Assembly: GCA_046290465.1 (NCBI GenBank)
Contig: JBKAGP010000001.1
Coordinates: 480,001 to 544,000, forward strand
Length of the DNA: 64,000 bases
DNA from: Planctomycetota bacterium
Lineage (GTDB): Bacteria; Planctomycetota; UBA1135; UBA2386
Reading direction: 5' to 3'
The translations under genes were made by a program, and so were the position numbers. Below the pieces are notes generated by a model that worked only from the letters and a program-made list of their open reading frames with translations, did not search any database and had not been told where the DNA came from. Shown one piece after another: positions 22,071 to 31,835 of the stretch (positions are counted from its first letter, which is position 1; each line of letters starts with the position of its first letter).

Positions 22071-24848
22071 CTACAGCTTGAACGCCTCGTCCGTCGGCCG
22101 GCAGACCCGCTTGAGGTGCAGCGGACGGCGCAGGCCGTCCTGGCCGTGTTCTCTGGCGGGGCGGGTGCGCGCCTGCCACTCCTCGAACACCTGCATCGAC
22201 TTCTCGATGTCGGTGTAGACGTCGCCGTAGCGATCGCCGGGCTCGGCCTTGGTGACGGTCACGACCTGGTGCCAGCAGTGCATGCCGCTGATCGGGTCGG
22301 GCTGGGCCGGGAACGTCATGTTCTGGTGCACGCCGCCGCTCGACCACCAGACCTTGTCGCTGTCCTGGTCGTCCGACGCGAACTGCTGCACGTTCTTGGT
22401 GCGTCGCATCAGGTACGCGCTGTCGCTGACCTTGCGCAGGTCGACGTCGTGCAGCTGCCAGTGGTTGCCGGAGACCTGGTCGCCGGAGACCGTCCAGCGG
22501 CCCATGTGGTGGCTGCAGGCGATCACGCCGGGGCGCACGCCCTCGGTCACCCAGACGGCATTGACGTAGTAGCCGATGCGGGTCGTGACGCGGATCAGGT
22601 CGCCCATCTCGACGCCGATGCGCCGGGCGTCCTCGGGGTGCATCCAGACCGGGTTGGTGTTGGACAGTTCGCTGAGCCACTTGCTGTTGGCCGAGCGCGT
22701 GTGGATCAGCGTCGGCAGCCGGAACGTCGGCACCAGTGCCATCTGGCCGGCCGCGCGGTCGAGCTTGTTCTCGTCGATGTGGCTCTCGAGGTAGGTGGGC
22801 GTGGCGTGCTCGGGCCAGCCCCACTCGGCCATCGTCGGCGAGTACAGCTCGAGCTTCTTCGACGGCGTGTGGAAGCCCTGCATGCAGCGCTCGCCGTCGT
22901 AGACGCCGATCACGCTGCCGTCCTTGTGCACGACGCCGAGGTCGGGGTCGACGGCGTAGTCGCCCGGCGGCAGCTCGGTCTCGTGGGTCTTGTAGACCTG
23001 GTCCTTGACCAGGAAGCAGCCGTGCCGGCGCATGTACTCGAGCGGCGTCTGGCCTTCCTTCTCGGCGGCTTCGGGCAGGCCCGGCACCGAGTTCTCGAAG
23101 ATCCAGCGGTAGTACTCGTCGATCGTGATGCGCTCGCCCTCGCGGTACGGCGACTCGAAGTGCTCCCGCACGCCGAGCGAACCGTCGGGGTCGATCGCCC
23201 ACGACAGCGCGATCCAGAACTCGTCCTCCTCCCAGACCTCGCCCGGGTTGACCTCGTAGGTCCAGGTGAACTGCTTGCCCTGGCGCTGCGCGAGCACGCG
23301 GTGCACCGGCTGACGGAAGCCGATCCACGTCGCCGCGTGGGTCTCCTGGCTCATCAGGTCGTGGCGTTCGGTCGCGTGGCCCATCGGCAGCACGAAGTCC
23401 GCCCAGCGCGCGGTCTCGTTCCAGGTCGGCGACAGCATCACGTGGCAGCCGACGGCGTCCGGGTCCTCGAACATGTCGATCCACATCGCGCCGTCCGGGT
23501 TGGTCCACACCGGGTTGTAGACGCGCGCGAACCAGGTATCGATCTTGCCGCGGCCGCTCTTGACCAGGTGCGGCAGGCAGAAGCTCAGCTCGTGGTGGGC
23601 CAGCGGCCACTCGTTGGGGTAGAGCAGCTCGCTCCAGACCTCCTGCGGGCGCGGCTTCTTGAACGGTGCCGGCACGAACTTGTTGGTGCCGCTGCCGGCG
23701 GTGCCGCCGACCGATGCGACCGCGCCGACCAGCACGCTGACGAACTGCAGGTTGCGCGCAACGGCCCAGCCGCCTTCGTTGCCGGCCGCCGCGTTGCGCC
23801 AGACGTGGCTCGCGAACCGGCTGCCGGCCTTGCCGATCTCCTTGCCGACCTCCTCGATCGTGCTCGCCTCGAGGCCGGTGATCGACGCGGCGTGCTCGGG
23901 CGTCGCGAACGCGTAGTCGTCGCGCAGGCCCTGCTGGAACGCAGCGAAGTCCTCGGGCCGGCCCTTGGCCTTCTGGTAGGCGCGCCACTCGACCCAGGTC
24001 CGCACGAACTCCCAGTCGACCAGGTCCTCGCGCAGGATCACGTGCGCGAACCCGAGCAGCATCATCGCCTCGGTGCCTGGCCGCGTCGCGAGCCAGTAGT
24101 CGCCCATGCTCGCGGTGTTCGACAGGCGCACGTCGCAGACGGCCAGCTTGCCGCCGTTCATCTTGGACTCGATGATGCGCTGCGCGTGCGGGTTGAAGTA
24201 GTGGCCGGTCTCCAGGTGCGCCGAGATCAGCAGCGTGAACGTCGCGTTCTCGTAGTCGGGCGACGGGCGGTCGTAGCCCGACCAAAGCGTGTAGCCGAGG
24301 CGCGCCGCGGCGCTGCAGACGTTGGTGTGGCTGTTGTGGCCGTCGACGCCCCAGGCCTGCAGCACGCGCTCGACGTAGCCGTCGTGACCGGGCCGGCCGA
24401 CGTGGTACATGACCTCGGTCTTGCGGTCCTCGACGATCGCCTTGCGGATCCGGGTCGACAGCGTCTCCAGCACCTCGTCCCACGACAGGCGTTCGAACTT
24501 GCCGCTGCCGCGCGGGCCGACCCGCTTCATCGGGTAGAGGATGCGCTCGGGGTCGTCGATCTGGTTGACGGTCGCCGGGCCCTTGGCGCAGTTGCGGCCG
24601 CGCGAGCCGGGGTGGTAGGGGTTGCCCTCGACCTTGCGGATCTTCTGCGTGTCCTTGTCGACGTAGGCGACCAGGCCGCACGCCGCCTCGCAGTTGAAGC
24701 AGATCGTCGGGACCAGCGCGTAGTTCTTCTGCACGCGCTTCGGCCACGCCTTGGCGTCGAGCTCGGTCCAGTCGTCCCACTTCTCGGGCGGTGGGAAGTT
24801 CTCCAGCGGCGTCGTGCGCATCGTGTCCGGCGTCATGTGCCGGACCAT
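22071..24848 (-). CDS. Molybdopterin (bis-MGD) oxidoreductase catalytic subunit, DMSO reductase superfamily
   Basis: CFNCEAAC...GRNCAKG 4Fe-4S motif, RILYPMKRVGPRG, HTNVCS, TARWADFVLP, WMHPEDA; no Tat signal seen; start uncertain. Confidence 0.92.
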   Translation of the reverse strand: MVRHMTPDTMRTTPLENFPPPEKWDDWTELDAKAWPKRVQKNYALVPTICFNCEAACGLVAYVDKDTQKIRKVEGNPYHPGSRGRNCAKGPATVNQIDDPERILYPMKRVGPRGSGKFERLSWDEVLETLSTRIRKAIVEDRKTEVMYHVGRPGHDGYVERVLQAWGVDGHNSHTNVCSAAARLGYTLWSGYDRPSPDYENATFTLLISAHLETGHYFNPHAQRIIESKMNGGKLAVCDVRLSNTASMGDYWLATRPGTEAMMLLGFAHVILREDLVDWEFVRTWVEWRAYQKAKGRPEDFAAFQQGLRDDYAFATPEHAASITGLEASTIEEVGKEIGKAGSRFASHVWRNAAAGNEGGWAVARNLQFVSVLVGAVASVGGTAGSGTNKFVPAPFKKPRPQEVWSELLYPNEWPLAHHELSFCLPHLVKSGRGKIDTWFARVYNPVWTNPDGAMWIDMFEDPDAVGCHVMLSPTWNETARWADFVLPMGHATERHDLMSQETHAATWIGFRQPVHRVLAQRQGKQFTWTYEVNPGEVWEEDEFWIALSWAIDPDGSLGVREHFESPYREGERITIDEYYRWIFENSVPGLPEAAEKEGQTPLEYMRRHGCFLVKDQVYKTHETELPPGDYAVDPDLGVVHKDGSVIGVYDGERCMQGFHTPSKKLELYSPTMAEWGWPEHATPTYLESHIDENKLDRAAGQMALVPTFRLPTLIHTRSANSKWLSELSNTNPVWMHPEDARRIGVEMGDLIRVTTRIGYYVNAVWVTEGVRPGVIACSHHMGRWTVSGDQVSGNHWQLHDVDLRKVSDSAYLMRRTKNVQQFASDDQDSDKVWWSSGGVHQNMTFPAQPDPISGMHCWHQVVTVTKAEPGDRYGDVYTDIEKSMQVFEEWQARTRPAREHGQDGLRRPLHLKRVCRPTDEAFKL

Positions 24849-24869
24849 AGATGGGCGCCGGGGCGGGGT

Positions 24870-24956
24870 CTAGGAGCGCGTCCATGTAGTGGACGCACTG
24901 CCAACCGTGATCGCGGAAGCGGCGTGTACGCTTGCGGACGGGGCTTTGCCCGCTAG
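24870..24956 (+). repeat. 87-bp CTAG-bounded dispersed element, copy A (MITE/REP-like)
   Basis: 83/87 identical to the reverse complement of 54198-54284; CTAG at both ends; internal hairpins. Confidence 0.9.
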
Positions 24957-25143
24957 CGCGAGGTGCGGCGCCTTGGGGGATCGCGCCGCGCGGCCTTCAT
25001 GCGGGGGCCGCGGTGGCGCGAAAGTTCCACGCTTGCCGCCCGGTGGCGGCGCGCGGCTGGCGTCCGTCGGATCGCCAGCTGGAGAACGGGTCGAGGTCCA
25101 GGTCGAGGTCGAGTCGCGGTCGGCTCGGTTCGGGTCGGGTCGG

Positions 25144-25614
25144 CTAGTGCTGGCCCTGCCGCAGCGACAGCCGTTCCTGCATCTGCTCGTACTTGTTGGG
25201 CTGCCGGGACGGGAACGTCCGCCGCAGCGCCTTCAGCACGTCGCCGCGCGAGATGATCCCGAGCAGCCGGCGTTCCGTGTCGACCACCGGCACCCGCCGG
25301 ATCGGCTGTCTCTGGAACACCGACGCGACCTCGAAGACGTCTGCGTCGGCACTGACGACGGCGAAGTCGCGGCGCATGTGTTGGGCGACGGTGCCCGGGG
25401 GTTCGTCCTCGTAGTGGGCAGCGGCGATCGCGGCGAGCGCGTCCCGTTCGCTGAACACTCCGACCAGCCGGCCTCGATCGGTGACGGGAGCGCCGGAGAA
25501 TCCGCGCTGGATCAGGTCATCGACAGCGTCGACGACCTGGCGGTCCTGGCGGAGGACGAAGACGGCCCGCTGCATGACGGTGCGGGCCAAGAGCACATTT
25601 CGGCTCGTGTCCAT
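25144..25614 (-). CDS. CBS-domain pair protein
   Basis: FSGAPVTDRGRLVGVFSERD and IRRVPVVDTERRLLGIISRGD. Confidence 0.9.
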   Translation of the reverse strand: MDTSRNVLLARTVMQRAVFVLRQDRQVVDAVDDLIQRGFSGAPVTDRGRLVGVFSERDALAAIAAAHYEDEPPGTVAQHMRRDFAVVSADADVFEVASVFQRQPIRRVPVVDTERRLLGIISRGDVLKALRRTFPSRQPNKYEQMQERLSLRQGQH

Positions 25615-25623
25615 CCCCGCATG

Positions 25624-25872
25624 TTACGCGGACGGCGTGCCTCCCGATACCCCTCCCGGCCCCAAGCGAAGTGCGTGCCGTGCGCGGTCGACGGCGCGTC
25701 CCAACGTCGTGACGCACGGATCGCAGTTGCTGCCGCAGCACCAGCGCCACGAGGCGTCCTCGGCATCGAGGTGTCGGGCGACGAAGCTGGCGTAGCTCTC
25801 GTCGATGCCCTCGTGGGCACAGATCTCGGCCAGCTTCTGGCGGGCGTCGGCATCGAGGTCGAACAGGTCCAT
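25624..25872 (-). CDS. Small Cys-motif protein (CCGSNCDPC, oxidoreductase-like domain)
   Basis: 82 aa; CCGSxCxPC motif; ends 9 nt before the CBS gene start. Confidence 0.65.
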   Translation of the reverse strand: MDLFDLDADARQKLAEICAHEGIDESYASFVARHLDAEDASWRWCCGSNCDPCVTTLGRAVDRARHALRLGPGGVSGGTPSA

Positions 25873-25990
25873 GGCGCGGAGGAGGGCTTGCGCGGGCTGC
25901 GCGCAACTGCGGCGCTGGCATGGGACAAGCCAGCTGTTCGGCAAGGCCGAACGGGCGAACATGGTAGCCCGAGTGGGTATCGTCGGTGCC

Positions 25991-28000
25991 ATGGCGAACT
26001 CGTTCTCCCGCTGGTTCTGTGCGCTGCTGCTGCCCGCCGCGATGCTCGCGCAGGGCCCCCTGACCGTGACCGAGGCGCTCGCTCTGCGTCAGGTCGTCAA
26101 CCCGCAGATGGGCGACGGATTCGTCGCCTTCCAGTTGGTGGTGCCGCGCCCGATCGAGGACGGCCCGGGTGGCAGCTACCTGCATGTCGGCGTGCACGAG
26201 AACGGCAAGGTGCGCATGCTCGTCGACGGCAAGCGCTCGGCCGGCTCGCTGGCGGTGCGGCCCGGCAAGCGGCAGGTGTCGTTCAAGGGACGCGCCGACG
26301 GCCGCACCCAGGTGCTGCTGATGGACCTCGACCGCGGCGACGTGTCGCTGTTCGCCAGCACGCCGTCGGTGGCGAGCTACCGCTGGCGGCCCGACGGCAA
26401 CGCGATCGCGTTCACCGCACTGGACCCGATGCCCGAGCCGCGCGCGGCCGCGCAAGAACGGGGCTTCCGGCCGGTGGTCGTCGACGAGGACTGGCGCCAT
26501 CTGTCGCTGTGGGTGCAAGAGCAGGGCGGCGAGCCGAAGCGGCTGACCGAGGGCGTGACCGTGTTCGACTTCCAGTGGTCGCCCGACGGCAAGCAACTCG
26601 CCTGCGCGATCGCGCCGCGCAACACCGTCGACGACAGCTACATGATGAAGCGCCTGCACCTGGTCGACGCAGCCAGCGGCGCGCGGCACAAGCTGGTCGA
26701 CAATCCCGGCAAGCTCGGCGACTTCGCGTTCTCGTCGGACGGCGCGCGGTTGGCCTACGTGTCGGCCGCCGACCGCAACGATCCGCACGCGGGGTCGCTG
26801 TTCCTGGCCGACGTCGGCGACGGCGCGACGCGTCCGCTCAGCCACGGCTTCCTCGGCATGGTGCAGCACCTGCAGCCGATGCGCGGCGGCTTCCTGGTGC
26901 AGGAGAGCGTCGGCGTGCGCACGCGGCTGCGCGGCCTCGGGGACGACGGCAAGCACCTGTGGATCCACGAACCGAAGTCGCAGCAGCTGGCGATCAGCGG
27001 CATGAGCTCGCACGGCGGCCGGTTCGTCTACACGGCGAGCCACGCCAACCACCCGGCGGAGCTGTTCGCGCCGCTGCCCGACGACGACTCGGGCGAGGAC
27101 CGCGCCGAGCGTTGGACCGACAGCAACGCGATCCTCGGCGACAAGCAGTTCGGCGAGCAGCGCGTCGTGCGCATCCGGACCCGCGACGGCGTCACCGTCG
27201 AGGGCATGCTGGTGCTGCCGATCGGCTACCGGGAGGGCCAGCGCTACCCGCTGGTGATCGTCGCGCACGGCGGTCCGGAGGCGCACCACAGCAATGGCTG
27301 GCTGACGACCTACTCCAACTGGGGCCACCTGCTGGCCGCGCGCGGCATGGTCGGGTGGTTTCCGAACTACCGGTCGTCGACCGGCTACGGGGTCGCGTTC
27401 TGCAAGCACGACCACGGCGACCCGATGGGCAAGGAGTTCGAGGACCACCTCGACGCGATCGAGCGCTTCGTCGCACAGGGGCTGGTCGACCGCGATCGCG
27501 TCGGGGTCGGCGGCGGCAGCTACGGCGGCTACACGGCGGCGTGGGCGGCGACGCGGCACAGCCCGCACTTCGCGGCGGCGGTCAGCTTCGTGCCGTTCGT
27601 CGACATCCGCACCAAGTGGATGACCAGCGACATCCCGATGGAGTTCTACTACGTGCACTACCAGGAGAAGTGGCCGTGGCAGCAGCCGGGGCTGCTGGCC
27701 GACCGCAGCCCGCTGAGCTGGGCGGATCGCTGCACGACACCGACGCTGCTGCTCGGCGGCACCAGCGATCCGCGCGTGCACCCGAGCCAGCCGTTCATGC
27801 TCTACCGCGCGATCAAGTTCGCGACCGACGCCAAGGTGCGCTACGTGCAGTACGAAGGCGAGGGCCACGGCAACCGCGTCAACGTCAACCGGATGGACTA
27901 CTGCCTGCGCACGCTGCGCTGGTTCGAGCACTACCTGAAGGGCGACGGCGACCGGCGCAGCAAGCCGCGGCCGCCGATGGACGTTCCGTACCCGAAGTAG
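25991..28000 (+). CDS. Secreted S9-family peptidase (prolyl oligopeptidase/acylaminoacyl peptidase-like)
   Basis: Signal peptide, WSPDG propeller repeats, HGGP, GGSYGG, DPRV, EGHG. Confidence 0.93.
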   Translation: MANSFSRWFCALLLPAAMLAQGPLTVTEALALRQVVNPQMGDGFVAFQLVVPRPIEDGPGGSYLHVGVHENGKVRMLVDGKRSAGSLAVRPGKRQVSFKGRADGRTQVLLMDLDRGDVSLFASTPSVASYRWRPDGNAIAFTALDPMPEPRAAAQERGFRPVVVDEDWRHLSLWVQEQGGEPKRLTEGVTVFDFQWSPDGKQLACAIAPRNTVDDSYMMKRLHLVDAASGARHKLVDNPGKLGDFAFSSDGARLAYVSAADRNDPHAGSLFLADVGDGATRPLSHGFLGMVQHLQPMRGGFLVQESVGVRTRLRGLGDDGKHLWIHEPKSQQLAISGMSSHGGRFVYTASHANHPAELFAPLPDDDSGEDRAERWTDSNAILGDKQFGEQRVVRIRTRDGVTVEGMLVLPIGYREGQRYPLVIVAHGGPEAHHSNGWLTTYSNWGHLLAARGMVGWFPNYRSSTGYGVAFCKHDHGDPMGKEFEDHLDAIERFVAQGLVDRDRVGVGGGSYGGYTAAWAATRHSPHFAAAVSFVPFVDIRTKWMTSDIPMEFYYVHYQEKWPWQQPGLLADRSPLSWADRCTTPTLLLGGTSDPRVHPSQPFMLYRAIKFATDAKVRYVQYEGEGHGNRVNVNRMDYCLRTLRWFEHYLKGDGDRRSKPRPPMDVPYPK

Positions 28001-28018
28001 CGGGCGGCCGCCGGCCGG

Positions 28019-29023
28019 CTACTTGCCGCCGTCGGCTGCCTTCTTCTTGCCGCTCGCGGCCGCCACCGCGTCCTTGCCCGACAGCGCTTGCCCGACGAAC
28101 GTCAGCGAGAGCGCGACGTTGTCGCGCATCTTCGGGCTGCTCCACGCGTGGCCGCCCTCCTCGACCGGGCGGAACACGAAGCGGTGGCCGTTCTTCCGCA
28201 TCGCGGCGGCCAGGTTCCGGTTGGGCTCGAAGAAGCCGTAGTGGTCGTCGGTGCCGGCGTCGAAGTAGATCTGCAGGCCCTTCAGCTGTTGCGGCTTGCG
28301 GCGCGCGACCAGGCCCATCGGCATCTGCTCGGCCCACTTGTCGGGGTCGATCGGGTCCCCGAGCAGTTCGGCGAGGCCACCGCGCAGGTAGCGGTAGACG
28401 ATGTTCTCCGCCGAGCCGGCGAGCTCGTCGGGGTGCGCCGGCAGGATCGCCGCCGAGTGCGTCGCGACCGCGCCGAACACGTCGGGGTGGCGCAGCGCGA
28501 TCTTCATCGCGCCGAAGCCGCCGGCGCTGACGCCCATGATCGCGCGCTGCTTGCGGGTGTTGCCGAGCCGGTAGCGGCCTTCGAGGTGCCGGACCAGGTC
28601 CTCGACGATCAGGTCCTCGATGTCGCCGCCGGCCTCGCCGTTCATGTAGGTGGTGCGGCTGCGCCGGCCCGGCGCGCGGAACACCACCAGCGCCAGCTCG
28701 GGGATCTTGTCGGCCCCGCGCAGCCGGTCGAGCGTGCTGGCGCCGCCGCGGGTCTGGAAGTCGTCGGGGCCGCCGAAGCCGGGGCACCACAGGATCCACG
28801 GGAACTTGCGGTCCTTGTTCTTCTCGTGGTCGTGCTCCTTGGGCAGGTAGATCGAGTAGCGGACCTCGCCGCCGGCCGCGTGCTCGCTGTCGAACGTCCA
28901 GTTGTCGTAGTAGAAGTGCTCGAGCTTCGGCGGCTCGCTGCGGCGGCCGAACTGGGCGGAGAGGGGAGCGGCGCTGAGCGCGAGCGCGGCGGCGACGCCG
29001 ACGGTGGGGAGGACGCGGTGCAT
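28019..29023 (-). CDS. Secreted alpha/beta-hydrolase, putative esterase
   Basis: Signal peptide, YSIYLP, RAIMGVSAGG, YFDAGTDD, GGHAW. Confidence 0.88.
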   Translation of the reverse strand: MHRVLPTVGVAAALALSAAPLSAQFGRRSEPPKLEHFYYDNWTFDSEHAAGGEVRYSIYLPKEHDHEKNKDRKFPWILWCPGFGGPDDFQTRGGASTLDRLRGADKIPELALVVFRAPGRRSRTTYMNGEAGGDIEDLIVEDLVRHLEGRYRLGNTRKQRAIMGVSAGGFGAMKIALRHPDVFGAVATHSAAILPAHPDELAGSAENIVYRYLRGGLAELLGDPIDPDKWAEQMPMGLVARRKPQQLKGLQIYFDAGTDDHYGFFEPNRNLAAAMRKNGHRFVFRPVEEGGHAWSSPKMRDNVALSLTFVGQALSGKDAVAAASGKKKAADGGK

Positions 29024-29164
29024 CGGGAGCTTCGGGGCTGGATCCAACGGAGGCCTGGTCCTCCGAAGGCCGGAGCCAGCAACGGCTGGGGCCACCGGGG
29101 AACCAGCCGGAGCCTGACGCAACGCAGCGCCCGCAGAGCGCCCACGGATGTCCTGCGTTTGTCT

Positions 29165-29230
29165 GCCCTGCGTTGCCAGCTCTGCGTTGCCAGCTCAGAG
29201 TTGCCAGCCCTGCGTTGCCAGCCCCGCGTT
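29165..29230. repeat. 14-bp tandem repeat GCCCTGCGTTGCCA x4.7
   Basis: Read directly in the intergenic region after the NrfD-fusion stop. Confidence 0.9.
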
Positions 29231-29258
29231 CCTGGGGCGTGGCGCGGGCGCGGTGCCG

Positions 29259-30779
29259 CTACGACAGCGGCGGCAGCTGGCCGGCGCGCACATAGGCCTG
29301 CTCGTAGAGGAACAGGCCGGCCTGGCCGACGACCGCGCACAGCGCCAGCAGCGCCGCGTTGGGGGCGCCGGTCAGCACCAGCAGCATGCCGAGCAGGGCC
29401 GCGACGGTGGTCGTTCCCATGCCGAAGTGGAACGCCGACAGGCCCGAGCCCGGCCACGCCTTGATCGTCGGCAGCAGCGCCGCGGCCATCTTGGCGTTGT
29501 GGGTCTCGTGCTTGCCGTGGCGCTCGAGCAGGCCGAACAGCTGGTGCACGACGGCGAGCACCAGCACCGCGACGGCGAGCTTGGTGTCCGGCACGAACGG
29601 CAGCAGCACCGCGCCGCCGACCATCAGCGCCTGCACCAGCAGGTGCGGCAGCAGCAGCCGCGTGTTCTGCCACAGGTCGCGGCCCTCGCACTGCGCGAAC
29701 AGGAACGCCGTGTAGGCGGCGGCCAGCGACGCGGCGATCAGGTTGGGCCAGCGCATCGCGTCGGCGACTTCGGTCATGCCGAGCACGCGCGCACCGAGGC
29801 TCGCGGTCGTCAGTCCGCCGAACGCCATCAGCACCCAGGCGCCCTTGACCAGCCAGCTCTTGGTCTGCGGCCGCAGCACGATCGACAGGAACTGCTTCGG
29901 CCGCTTGAGGTCGGCGACCAGCAGCACGTTGGTGACCGCGAGGAAGAACAGCGCCAGCAGCTCGGGCAGGTAGTCGCGCGCGAAGTCGCTGCCGATGCCG
30001 GTGGTCGCCAGGAACGGCGCCCACAGCGCCGCGCCGGCCGCGACGCCCTTGGTCAGCAGGTAGGCCGAGACCTTCCAGCCCCAGTGCACCTTGTGGTCGG
30101 CGTCGTAGGCGACGCGCGCGTCGCTGCGGACCAGCTTCTGCGCGTCGGCCGCGGGCAGCTCCGCCTTCGGGATCTTGCGATCGCTCCAGACGTACATGTC
30201 CTCTTCCTTCGCCGTGCCGGGCTGCAGGTTGGCCTCGTGCGCGCCGAGGTAGAAGACGTTGGGGCTGGTGCCCTGTTCGGGCCGGCGCACCTCGCTGCCG
30301 GAGACCTCCGACAGGATCTTGCTGACCGGGCTCTCGGGGTCGTGCAGGTCGCCGCTGATGATCGCGGTCTCCGGGCACACGACTTCACAGGCGGGCTTCA
30401 GGCCCTGCTCGACCCGGTGCGCACAGAAGTGGCACTTCTCGGCGCCGCCGGTGTCGGTGTTGAGGTAGAGCGCGTCGTAGGGGCACGCCTGCATGCACGC
30501 CTTGCAGCCGATGCAGACGTCCTTGTCGAGGTCGACGATGCCGTCGTCGCGCTTGTGCAGCGCCGTCACCGGGCAGATCGTGACGCACGGTGCGTTGGTG
30601 CACTGGTTGCAGCGCAGCACCGCAAAGTGCCGCTTCACCGCCGGGAACTCGCCGACCTCGGTGTACTTCACCCAGGTGCGGAAGTCGCCGACCGGCACTT
30701 CGTTTTCGGACTTGCAGGCCACGGTGCACGCGTGGCACCCGATGCAGCGACGTTGGTCGAGGACGAAACCGTATTGCAT
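29259..30779 (-). CDS. 4Fe-4S ferredoxin (NrfC/DmsB-like) fused to NrfD/PsrC membrane anchor
   Basis: CIGCHACTVAC, CNQCTNAPCVTICP, CIGCKACMQACP, KCHFC..PACEVVCP; then WGWKVSAYL, ADLKRP..SW..GAW and multiple TM helices. Confidence 0.92.
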   Translation of the reverse strand: MQYGFVLDQRRCIGCHACTVACKSENEVPVGDFRTWVKYTEVGEFPAVKRHFAVLRCNQCTNAPCVTICPVTALHKRDDGIVDLDKDVCIGCKACMQACPYDALYLNTDTGGAEKCHFCAHRVEQGLKPACEVVCPETAIISGDLHDPESPVSKILSEVSGSEVRRPEQGTSPNVFYLGAHEANLQPGTAKEEDMYVWSDRKIPKAELPAADAQKLVRSDARVAYDADHKVHWGWKVSAYLLTKGVAAGAALWAPFLATTGIGSDFARDYLPELLALFFLAVTNVLLVADLKRPKQFLSIVLRPQTKSWLVKGAWVLMAFGGLTTASLGARVLGMTEVADAMRWPNLIAASLAAAYTAFLFAQCEGRDLWQNTRLLLPHLLVQALMVGGAVLLPFVPDTKLAVAVLVLAVVHQLFGLLERHGKHETHNAKMAAALLPTIKAWPGSGLSAFHFGMGTTTVAALLGMLLVLTGAPNAALLALCAVVGQAGLFLYEQAYVRAGQLPPLS

Positions 30780-31127
30780 GACTGGGAGAGCGCCGGCCAC
30801 CTTAACGATCGGCCCTGGCAGTGCGAGCGAACTCGCCCGGATCTGTCGCACGGTTGCAAGCCCTTGCCCGCGAAAGCGCTCCCGGATGGGGCCCGGGCCA
30901 CCCTCGGACCCCGTGAAATTCTCGGGGCCGCTTGCGCCCGAGGCGATCATGCTGGATGGTTCGCGCGTCTGCGAAACCTCCGCGGGCCTGTTGGTCTGGC
31001 CAAACCTGCACGATCAGTCGGCTGTAGAGAAACTCGCGCTTTCCGTTCGAAGCTGCCCGGGGACTTCTCCCTTTGACCCCCGGCAAGCGCATGACTGAGC
31101 AAAGGGGGAAGAGATCGTGAGAACCCG

Positions 31128-31700
<573 letters not shown>

Positions 31701-31835
31701 TCGGCAGGTCGCGTCCGGCTCGCGGGCCGTGCACGTGATCCCGACCAGCTGAATGCGACGCGTCCCGGGGCACCGACTGCGTGCCCGCGCGGACGTTCGA
31801 TGTCGTTGCGCACGCCCGCAGGTAGACTGCGCGGC

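Noticed and set aside
25916..25932. GG-N10-GC spacing on both strands between divergent genes
   Set aside because: Poor match to TGGCAC-N5-TTGC and no enhancer boxes nearby; expected by chance at this GC content
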